From: Elsinoe ampelina
Taxonomy: Eukaryota
Length of the DNA stretch: 64,000 nt
Direction of reading: 5' to 3'
Assembly: GCA_010093995.1 (NCBI GenBank)
Contig: ML992507.1
Coordinates: 1,051,868 to 1,115,867, forward strand
The translations under genes were made by a program, and so were the position numbers. The notes beneath the pieces are model-generated. The model searched no databases, was not told where the DNA came from, and saw nothing but the letters and a program-made list of their open reading frames with translations. Positions within the stretch are counted from its first letter, which is position 1; the number at the start of each line of letters is the position of its first letter. This document shows, one piece after another, positions 1-10,778 of this stretch.

Positions 1-1504
1 TTAGTAATAAGGTTGTTCTATTAGATATTATAGTTAGTAGCGTAGGCCTTAGTAATAAAGGTAGTAAGGTTATTAGTGTTATAGTTAACTAGAGCATCGC
101 GTAGCTTATTAGATATCTTCTAATAGATCTAGTATAGCTACTCCTCTTTAGTAATCTTAGCGTAAAGGGCATACTTATTAAACTTACTAATAAAGAAGTT
201 AAACGTGCTATTACACTAGAAGAGGTTAGTAAACTAAGTATATATAGTAGCCCTATAGTTAGAATCCTTAAAGCGCTAGGCTAGAAGAGTAAGGACCTCT
301 TCGACGCTAATAACGTTATTACTAGCTAAGTCTATAATAAGAGTATAGGCTTCTCTAGAGAGGCGTAAGTATAGATAGGTAAACTAGGTATCTCTTATAG
401 AGAAACAATCTATATTAGCGCGTATCTTATTCCTTATCTAGTGCTTAAAGACCTTAAACTACTCTAGTATACCTATACTAAAGATAGTAGAGTCTAGTAT
501 CTTTTCTAACAAGGTAGAGCCACATATAGAAAGGGCTAGTATACCACACCCTATCTCGTTTCTTAGTTAGTTTACCTTAGCCTTAAGCTTTTAGATTTTG
601 TCTAGGTAGTAAGTAGCTTAGGTAGTAACGCTATTAGTATAGGACTAAGATATGTCTAGTTTAGATTAGAAGTTACTAAGCTAGGCCTAAGTAGTATCTA
701 ACTTATAGTAATAGTAGAGAGCGTTAGTATAAGTGCCTTTTACCTACGTAGTTTACTTATTATAGAAGGACTTAATATAGTTAAATACGTCTCTTAGTGC
801 CTATATACTATACTCTTTCTATAGCTTCTTAAGGAGTATAGCGTTAAAGAGGGTAAAAAGATTATAGTAGAGAGAGTAGATAGAGGTATTATTATTATTA
901 GAGATAGGTTAAGGTAGCTTACTTTAGTAGCGCTCTTTGTTACTATAGTTAGATTAAGCTATACTTAGCGTAGTTAGTTATAAATAAAACAGTGTAAAAC
1001 ATTAATACGTAACAAAGAGAATATTAAAATTTTTAGCTAGTAGCCTACTTCCTTTAAGAGTTATCTATAACTTAACTTATTACCTTTTTCTTATATCTTT
1101 AAAGTTTATAGTATTAACCTATATAGCAGTAGCGAGAATCTATTATAGTATACGCGGGAACTATAGTTATAATAGCTTCTTCTTTAATTCTTTAATTCTT
1201 TATAAGTGGTAGTTGTTAGTAGTTATATAAGTAGTAGAATAACTAGATAGTTTAATAGCTCTATTACTCGGTCGTAGTCGTTTTAAAGTCTCGATATAGT
1301 AATTACAACTAGCAAGATAAGAGGTTAATTATGTCTATTCGTTAAGATATTAAGACTTAGAAGAAGAAGAAGAAAAGCTAGTATATAAAGCACACGTAAT
1401 ATCGAGGGCGAAGCAGCTAGAAGCCTAGGCCGCGATGCTAAGATTATATAACTAATTCCTAAACTAGATCCTAACTAAATCTAGTCCGTATCTATCTCGC
1501 ATTA
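1..1504 (-). mobile_element. Gypsy A retrotransposon, 5' part (5' LTR 1300-1504, leader, gag), runs off the window start
   Basis: Reverse complement matches 8865-~10370 apart from RIP-type transitions; LTR ends read TA...TA (RIP of TG...CA). Confidence 0.95.
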
Positions 1505-1791
1505 GATAGTAGCTATAGTAGTAAGGCTATAGCCTACTCTAAGAAGATTAATACTAATATAGACAAGTATAGGAAATATAATAGATACTTAGTTTAGGCT
1601 AAGCTAATCCCTTATCTACTAGTATAGAATAGTGTACCTACTAGAAGGATAATTCTAGAGCTATAAAGGACTACCTAGAGAAGTAAGGTCTAATAGATAT
1701 TAGTATAGTGTCTAAGTAGCCTAGAAGATAGTACTAAGGATATAGTAGTCTAAATAATAGCTTAAAGGTAGTTATAGTAGAGAAGTAAATA
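1505..1791 (+). mobile_element. Fragment of a Gypsy C-related element (probably gag region)
   Basis: About 1530-1745 aligns by eye, with moderate divergence, to the reconstructed background 8752-8864 + 15132-15185 + 15377-15425 (aagaagattaatactaatatagacaagtataggaaatataatagatacttagtttag vs aggaaggttaagattaatagaaataggtataaaggatataatagttacttagtttag). Confidence 0.6.
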
Positions 1792-2117
1792 TAGAGTAGT
1801 TTTTAGGTAGATATAGCACTATATTAGGTAGGGGTTAGGTACAAAAGCTTAGTAGAGAGAGGTTACCCTAGGTTAGGTACTATACTAAGGTAGGTAGGGT
1901 TAGTATATAGTTATAGTGTTACCCTTAGGGGGGGGGGTACCTAACCTAGTACCTGCCTAATAGTACCTAATAGGTTAGTAGTTAAAGCGCTTACTCTATA
2001 GCTTAGTATATTACTATACCTTACAAATTTTTAGGCCTAACTTTATTACGCTACTTTATTACGTAAAGGGAAGTAGTAAGCAAAATATATAAATTATACT
2101 AGAAGTACAAATATAAT

Positions 2118-4784
2118 CTAGCTAGTAAATTTGCTAACGCTTTCTACTAGGATACTATTAACCTCTCTATGCTCTCTCTCTCTCTAATTTAGAGTAGTTA
2201 TTATTACTATAGCTTAGTACTATAGTAATATTGTCTAGTTAATTTATATTAGTCCTTAATAACAATTTAAGCAAATTATTAGTATTAGTAGCCTTATTCT
2301 CTATCTCTAGTTCTATATTAATCCGTCCTAATAGTAAGGCTACTTTAAGCTTATACTTTAATATTATAAGCTACTAAATAGTTTAAGCTACTAATTTATG
2401 CCTCTACGCATTAATAATATTCTTTGTAATATTAAATACTTACTTAACTCTAACCTCTATAATTAGAATTACTAGAATATCTTTTGCTATATATAATAGT
2501 AATAGATATTCTTCCTCCTTCTCTTTCTACTACTATAAGACATTAAGTTTCTAAATACGGACTAGTAGTGTTATAAGGTAGTCCTTACCTTCTTTAACTA
2601 TAGTACGCTTCGAGGGAACAAATAAGAAGTATAGACTATCGCTTTATAGTAATAGAGTATAACTTTACTTCTTTTGTTTTAGTTAGTTAAACTAGTCTTA
2701 TTACTAGTAATGTAATAGCTTAGGGGTAAAGGCTAGTAAAGTAATTAAGGGGTCTATCTTATTATACTAATAAAGGTACTATAAGAACTTCTTATAATAG
2801 TTGTCTTTATAGTAAGGTTCCTAAGTCTCTATATCCTAAGTGTTATTAGCTACTACTTACTAGAAAGACTATAGGCACTTATATTATATACTATAAGCTT
2901 CTTAGAGAAGTTAAGAATTATTACATAGTTATAGAGTATGCCCTTTCTATTCTTAGTTTATATATAGTATTTCTTAAGCTTTTCTTGTCCCTTTACTACT
3001 ATCTTTTATATAGTAGCTAGCTATATAGGTAGATTATTATAATTCTTAGTACTAATTAGGCCCTCTTTAATTTTATCTAAGAAGTTAAAGAGTGTATTAT
3101 ATATCGTCTATATATGCTAGAGAAGAGGTTAGCTACTAGTACTTAGCTATATTATTACTTTCTTAAAGTTCTCTAGTATTACTATAATAGATTTAAGATA
3201 CTACTACTTATTTAGATTAAGTAATAACTTAGTAAGGTTATAGTTATTAACGTTAGAGAGTAGTTTAGATATTAATACCTTAGAAGAAGTCCTTAGTGCT
3301 TAGAGTATAGTCTTATTCTTAAGCTAATCCTTAATAAAAGGTTTAAGCTTTAATACTTGCTTATATATATTATATGTTAAATTCTAGTATGTCTTAATAT
3401 TATATATAACTTAGTACCTCTTCTTAGGTAGTAGATACTTCTAGAGGTCTATAAATTGTTTAAACTATTATAGAGAACTATTAATTATAATATATATTAT
3501 ATAGAGCTTACCGATATTAGGATATAATAAAATAATATAATAAATGTTATATATCTTCTATAGTAAATTTAGAATAGAGACTAATATTATAATATTCTAG
3601 ATATAGTAGTTTTATAACCTCTCTACTATATTAATCTCTTTACTTGTCTTAAGTTTCAGATGCTTAATAATGTCCTATATAATAAGATTAATAATATATA
3701 CTAGGTATAGAATTATGTTCTTCTTTATGTTCTACTTAATATCTAGTATACCTAGGCTTCTTTCGAGAGACTCTCGGAGTATTCTATTATTTAATATATT
3801 ATCTACTATAACTACGAGTAGTTATTACTTAACTAATACATCTTTTAGTACCTATATTACTTTATTTACTATAGCTTTACTAGTATAGCAACCTCGAAGG
3901 AGTATTATTTCTAGGAGCCGCTTTTATAATTACTATTAGTTATTAATAAAATAGCCTTTAATTATAATAAACTCTAAGTAGTTATTAGTAGACTATCTAT
4001 CTAACGCTATTAAAAGCTTAGTATTCTTACTAAGGTTAGAAAGTAGTAATTTTTGTAACTTCTCGAATTATACTACTAGTGTTACTTAAAAAAGAGTCTA
4101 GCTAGGTATAGTAATATTAGGTCGGAGGAAGCGGAGGAATTAGCTAAAGGTAGAACACTTAACTATGCGGAAAGACAAGTTATAGTTAGTAACTACGTAA
4201 ATAAGCTTATAGTAGAAAGTATTAGTAGAGAATAGAGAGACAATTTAGTAAATACTCTTTATATACTATTATAATTACTTAAGGGCTTTTTAGGTAGAGC
4301 TTTACTTATAGTAGTACTTAACAACTATAGTATATTTCTAGGACTTAAGATGTCTCTCTATTACTTTATTACTAGTATAATAGTAAGTAAGATAAGTAAG
4401 TATATTACTATACCTATTATAAATAACTTATAGTTCTCTATTATAAATCTTAGTAGCTTCTATAATATTTGTCTATAGACCTCTAGAACGTGCTTTAGAA
4501 TTCTAATTTAGTATATTTTTTGTACCTTCTCTATATATAGATACTATAATTATTTAACTCTACTAGTCTTTCTAGGCTTATTATAGAGGTTAATCCTTAG
4601 ATCTCTTACTAGGTTAAAAAAGTAAGCATTTAAGGAGTTATAATTGTTATATCTTACTATTGTGTCTAATTTTCTAAGCGGAGATTATAAAGCTATATAA
4701 TTCTACTAGAATAGCTAGAGAGAAATATGTAGTATCTCTAAGTTATAGGTCAAGTACCGACTTAAAGTTAGAAGCTTTAGATAT
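2118..4784 (-). pseudogene. hAT transposase of hAT-1 copy 1 (RIP-inactivated; ends approximate)
   Basis: De-RIPped C-terminus reads LQWWKEKKEEY..LSRMAKDILAIPIAGVGVERVFNIAKNVISARRHKL, the hAT C-terminal dimerization domain. Confidence 0.88.
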
Positions 4785-5058
4785 ATTAATTAGTATAGAT
4801 TATATTATTTAATAAAGGTAAATAACTTATTATAGAATATTTATTAATATGTTTATAATATATAATAATAAATTCTATACTATACTATAGAAACTTTAAA
4901 GTAAGAGATATATTAATTTCTATAGGCTAGACTTATATTATATAGGGGCTAAGGAATAAGTAATATAATTAAAATTAAAGGTATATCTATATTAAAGTAG
5001 AGTAGAAATTTTTTAAAATTAAAGGTATATCTATATTATAAAAAACCTACTAAAGCTA

Positions 5059-5580
5059 TTAGCCCGCTAATGCTTTATTTACATTATACTACTAAACTAG
5101 TTACTAGAAGAATTAGAACTATTAAGATCCTTAGGATTTAGAATTATCTAGCTTGTCTTACTAGTGTTTAACGCTATAGCGTATATTAAAGATTATAATC
5201 TAATCCCGGATAAGATTAAGATAGCGACGATTAAGTATATACTATATGTTAATAAAGTTAAAAATATTATTAGTCTAGGAGCTATTATACTAATACTTGT
5301 TAGAGAATATAGTAGTATTAGATTAGGAATACTAACAAAGTTATAAGGGGTATTATAAGAGTAATAGGCCTTATAGTAAAGTTTAGAGCCTCTATTATTA
5401 TTATAGATATAAGTAGTCTACCTTTCCTCGCTATTAATAAATTACTTAGTTATATAGCAGATATAAGCTTTATACTAACATAAGTGTAATAGCCTAGCGT
5501 AGTTACTATAAGTTATAGTATAAGGCTAGTAGGGAATTAGATCTTCTAGGTCGGAATAGAGTTATATATAAGAAGCTATA
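5059..5580 (-). pseudogene. Putative six-Cys zinc-cluster-like cargo gene of hAT-1 copy 1
   Basis: Reverse complement of ~57269-57790; homologous to 45052-45578 of hAT-3. Confidence 0.55.
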
Positions 5581-5858
5581 ATAATAAGGAGAAAGGTTTT
5601 AAAAAGAAAAATAAACAGGAACGAGATAGCATATATATCTAGTACCTTCTATTGTTTATAGTAATAATAGTAATAGAAATCTATTGTTAGAAGTAATAAT
5701 ATAGATAATTTACTATTGTTAGAGGTAATAATTAGAAGCATAAATAACAATAGTAGCTATATAGGAAAAGATCTTATTATAAAACTTAAATCTATAAAAG
5801 GGCTAGACTATACTATAGATTAAACTACTTAGTAGTTAATTGTAGTATAGAAAATCCA

Positions 5859-7193
5859 CTAGTTAAAGCTAGTAAATTTATTTTCCTTAGCATTAACTAT
5901 TTCCTTATTCCCTTCCTTATTATTATTCTTATTATTATTCTTATTATTATTCTTATTATTATTCTTATTATTATTATTCTTCTCCTTATCTCTACTCTCT
6001 AAAGAACTCTCCGCTTTAACCCTCTCTCTCTTATTAATAATCTTATTCTTATTAGAGGAAAACCTCTTAAACTCTATATACTACTTGTCTATCTTATACT
6101 TATTAGCTAGTTTCTCGATCTTAGAGTTATAGTCTAGCTCGTATGCTTCTTTATACTTGTTATTATTGTTAGGCTTTATATATTTACCTTTATCTATAAG
6201 ATAGATTAGCTTAAGTAGTTAATACTTAGCCGGAGGTATAGGATTATAAGCCCTGCTATTTGTTAGTATACTAACGTAATAATAATATATAATAATAATA
6301 GAGAACTTATTACTAGTTAGGATTAGAGATAGTAGTAAGCCTACCCTTCTTACTAAGTTTCTAGACAAACTTTAAGTACTTCTTCTTAGTATTCTTATTA
6401 GTATCTTTATTAATAGTAAGCTTAGTAGTACTAGCTATATAGATCTTATACTTAAGCTTCTCGAGAATTTCGCTAGAACTATATATCTACTTAGCTACTC
6501 TTAACATGTTATTCTTCTTACTAGACTTAGTAGTATAAGCTACTTTTACCTTTATAAGGACTTCTATATACTCTTAACATATAGCAAATTTTCTAATACG
6601 CTACTATTTAATATAGACTTTTCTAAACTTACTAGATAGCTACTTATCTATAATCTATTAGTATTAAATATAATAATATAGCGGTATAATTATATAGCTT
6701 TACTAGGCATCGAAATAGTACTACTTTATTTCCTTAATCTTTTCTATAAGGAGTTCTACCTTTACTTCTTTACTAAGGTTCTAGACTTAAGTATTTATAT
6801 TAAACTTCTTAAGCAAATTCCTCTTTGTACTATAATTAGTATCTCTAGCTACTTTAAGTGCCTTAACCTTAGCCGACTATTAAGTATCTTTATCTTAGTG
6901 TATAATGTTCTAAATATTCTACTTTAAAGGCTTACTTAAACCTGCTTTAAAACTAGTTAGATAACTATAATATGCCTTACTACCTTAACTACGCTAAAGG
7001 ATCTAGTATTTGATTTTAGCCTACTTAGACCTAAAGCCTTATACCTATTAACTTAATACTTGTAATAAAACACTATAATAATTATCTCTATTATAGTTTT
7101 AAACTTATTAAACTTATTCTTAATCTTAGGAGAGCTACTAGGAGAAGTATTAGAAGGTATATTAGCTATAGAAGTATCTAGAGAGGTTACTAT
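5859..7193 (-). pseudogene. Conserved hAT cargo ORF2 with acidic C-terminal tail (hAT-1 copy 1)
   Basis: Homologous to 18110-19378 and 49058-50329 (shared LNTGS motif); (aag aat aat aat)n tail read as RIPped EDDD repeats. Confidence 0.65.
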
Positions 7194-7831
7194 AGTAAAA
7201 TAAGATATAAAAGTTAAACTTAAGAGTATAGAAATAAAAGGGTAATAGAGATAAGAAGAAAGAAAGTTAATAGAAGAAGAAGAAGAATAGAGGAGAGTAA
7301 TATAGCCTTTTACTATATATAAAGTAATAATAAGGTAGCTAAGGTAGAATATAAAATATAAAATATAAGGTTTTTAAGAATTATAGTATACTAAATTAGT
7401 ATTATATTATTATGCTAGATTATTATATACTTATTGTTAGTACTCTATAATATCTAGATTCCTCTTCTTCTAAGCGTTTAAACAAATCTAATATTATATG
7501 CCTTACTATTATAAATAATATTATAATAAGTAAGTATTCTATATACTATATATTTCTAATTTGCTAATTTTATATTTCTATTATAATATTATATTTCTAT
7601 TATTAGCTGTGCTATTACTAGCTACTAAATTATTACGTATTTCTCTTCTTATTATATATTTCTCTTCTTCTATCTCTTTTACCTCTTCTCTTTCTACTTA
7701 TCTTTCTTTATACTACTACTATATCTACCTCGTTACTTTCTACGCCTCTTACTACCTTACTCTTACTACTACAAGATTACTTTATATTATAAGTACCTCC
7801 TAAGACTCTATTCTTAGTAGCAATAGTAAGT

Positions 7832-8375
7832 ATACCTTCTAAGAGAGGTACTATAGTATTAACCTATAGTTATAGTTATAAGAGTAAGTCGTCTAGTAGA
7901 CCTAAGGCTTCTACTACTAAGTAACCTTATAAGATAACTATTACTTCTAGAAAGAAGAACAAGTTTAAGACTAGTAGTATAATTATTATAATTAATTATT
8001 ATATTACATTACTAATACTATATAGCTATTGCTCTCTAAGAGATTCGTTACTACTAGAAGTTAACTAAACTTCTCTACTATAAGCTTTCCTTTAGCTACC
8101 TTATCTATAAGATTATTAAAGACTATATTTGTTAAAATAAAAGCTTTTATATCTAATCTAAAGCTCTTAAAGCACTTTAAGAAGCAATAGAGGCATTTAT
8201 TATTAAGTATATAGAAGATATCTATTGTTTAAATTTAATACTATTATAGATACTAATATTCTTAGATATAAACCTTAATTGTATTTATGCTAAGTAAGTT
8301 ACTATTAACTAGAAAGATTTATAGCTTGCTTGTCGCTATTATACAAAGTTTAATATATATAACTAGGACAATTAG
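7832..8375 (+). pseudogene. Histone H3-like gene in hAT-1 copy 1 (introns 7977-8025, 8218-8265)
   Basis: De-RIPped: MPSKRG...RKKNKFKAG|TVALREIRRYQKSTELL.RKLPFSRLIREI...ALEALQEATEAFIV.YME|DMNLNCIHAKRVTINQKDLQLA; complete H3 histone fold; intron ends and ctaat branch sites visible. Confidence 0.92.
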
Positions 8376-9404
8376 ACAGTTTATAGCAAGGATAATTATT
8401 CTATAAAGGTAAATAAGCAAGTAAGGTATAGGCTATAAGAGTAAATAGGAGGTACTAGCAAGATTAGTATAATTAATAAACGTAATTATAACCTTTAACT
8501 TTTAAATTTTAATTCTTAAATCTTAAGTTCTTAAAAGATATATCTACTCCTCGACTCTTAGGCACCTATAGGTACTATTAGGTAGTGTTATAAGTAATAC
8601 TATAACTAACTATATACCTAAGGCTAAGTAACACTACCTAAGGCTTAGAGAGTTACGGTTGCTAAGCTTTAGGTACTAGTATCGCTATAAGTTAGGTTGT
8701 AGGTAGCAATTCTAGTACCTAACCTAACCTAAAAACTACTCTAAACTATAAATACTCTTTCTAGGAAGGTTAAGATTAATAGAAATAGGTATAAAGGATA
8801 TAATAGTTACTTAGTTTAGATTATGCCTATTCTATTTAAATCGACTAACACTAACTAGTATATCTAATGCGAGATAGATACGAACTAGATCTAGTTAGGA
8901 TCTAGTTTAGATTAGTCACGTAATCTCGGCATTGTAGCCTAGGCTTCTAGCTGCTTTGCCCTCGATATTACGTGTGCTTTATATACTAGCTTTTCTTCTT
9001 CTTCTTCTAAGTCTTAATATCTTAATAAATAGACGTAATTAACCTCTTATCTTGCTAGTTGTAATTACTATATCGAGACTTCGAAACGACTATAACTAAG
9101 CAACGGAGCTATTAAATTATCTAGTTATTCTACTACTTACGTAACTACTAACAACTACTACTTATAAAGAATTAAAGAATTAAAGAAGAAGCTATTATAA
9201 CTGCAGTTCCCGCGTATACTATAATAGATCCTCGCTGCCGCTATATAGGTTAATACTATAAACTCTAAAGATACAAGAAGAAGGTAATAAGTTAAGTTAT
9301 AGATAACTCTTAAAGGAAGTAGGCCGCTAGCTAAAAATTTTAATATCTCCTTTGTTACGTATTAACGTTTTATACTATTTTATTTACAACTAACTATACT
9401 AAGT

Positions 9405-10778
9405 ATAGCTTAATCTAACTATAGCGACGAAGAGCGCTACTAAAGTAAGCTACCTTAACCTATCCCTAATAATAATAACGCCCCTATCTACTCCCCCTAC
9501 TATGATCTTTTTACCCTCTTTAACGCTATACTCCTTAAGAAGCTATAGGAAGAGCATAGTATATAGGCACTAAGAGACATATTTAACTATGTTAAGTCCT
9601 CCTATAATAAGTAAACTACGTAGGTAAAAGGCGCTTATACTAATACTCTCTACTATTACTATAAGTTAGATACTACTTAGGCCTAGCTCGGTAACCTCTA
9701 ATCCGAACTAGACGTATCTTAGTCCTATACTAACAGTATTACTGCCTAAGCTACTTGCTACCTAGACAAAATCTAAGAGCTTAAGGCTAAGGTAAACTAA
9801 CTAAGAAACAAGATAGGGCGTAGTATACTAGCTCTTTCTATACGCGGCCCTACCTTGTTAGAAAAGATACTAGACTCTACTGTCTTTAGCATAGATACAC
9901 CGGAGTAGTTTAAGGTCTTTAAGTACTAGATAAGGAACAAGATATGTACTAACGTAAATTATTTCTCTACGAGGGATACTTAGTTTACCTATCTATACTT
10001 ACGCCTCTCTAGAGAAGTCTATATCCTTATTATAGACTTAGCTAGTAACGACGTTATTAGCATTAAAGAGGTCCTTACTCTCCTAGCCTAGCGCTTTAAG
10101 GATCCTAACTATAGGGCTACTATACGCACTTAGTTCGCTAACCTCTTCTAGCGTAATAGTATATTTAACTCCTTTATTAGCAAGTTTAACAAGTATGCCC
10201 TTTACGCTAAGATTGCTAAAGAGGAGTAGCTATACTAGATCTGTTAGAAGATATCTAATAAGCTACGTAATGCTCTAGTTAACTACGACACTAATAACCT
10301 TACTACCTTTATTACTAAGGCCTACGCTACCGACTATAACATCTAATAGAATAACCTTATCACTAAGCGTACTTAGGCTTTACGTTCTATACTAGCTATA
10401 AGCCGCGCCGCTACTATACCTACTTACGTACCTTATTCTACCTCTACGCCTATAGCTTTGCCTACCTTCTACTTTATCGCCGGAGGTGCTTTATAGCCTT
10501 TCTATCTAGCTCTAGCACTTACCTGTTATATATATAGCAAGCCTAGATATATCTCTACTAAGTATATAGCTAGCGCCTTAGAGAAGGCTACTTATGCCGC
10601 TATATGCCCCGCACGTATTAGCGCTATAGAGGAGATATAGTAGCTTTAGAATTGCTTAGCCGAATTAAGTAACTAGGTCGACACTAGTTCGGCCTACGAA
10701 CTAGATCTAGTTTAGCCTTAGTTTAACCCCGAAATAGACTATAAGTCTACTAGCTACTCTAGCTAGAGAAACAAGTAG
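9405..10778 (+). pseudogene. gag: Gag of Gypsy A (start approximate)
   Basis: De-RIPped CCHC knuckle CYVCGKPGHISTKC at ~10524-10565; frame ends GNE* at the frameshift site. Confidence 0.8.

Larger units (their letters stand above)
1792..8743 (-). mobile_element. hAT DNA transposon family hAT-1, copy 1 (6952 bp), carrying H3-like cargo
   Basis: Perfect 17-bp TIRs TAGAGTAGTTTTTAGGT; subterminal GGTTAGGT/ACCTAACC repeats; inverted near-identical copy at 54132-61052; hAT dimerization motif at ~2350-2550. Confidence 0.95.

Noticed and set aside
3670..3888. ORF-track hydrophobic 72-aa ORF (twin at 58961-59179)
   Set aside because: Antisense to the RIPped hAT-1 transposase; the I/L/Y/F bias is a RIP artefact and the twin only reflects the duplicated element.
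5164..5346. ORF-track 60-aa ORF (twin at 57503-57685)
   Set aside because: Antisense to the six-Cys cargo gene and uses a non-ATG start.
7561..7803. Signal-peptide- or membrane-looking 80-aa ORF (twin at 55072-55314)
   Set aside because: Pyrimidine-rich low-complexity DNA upstream of the H3-like gene, TTG start, composition explained by RIP; no support as a secreted effector.
7832..8375. Host histone H3 locus
   Set aside because: Each H3-like copy lies inside TIR-bounded elements, has no H4 partner, has a non-canonical tail and carries RIP stops.
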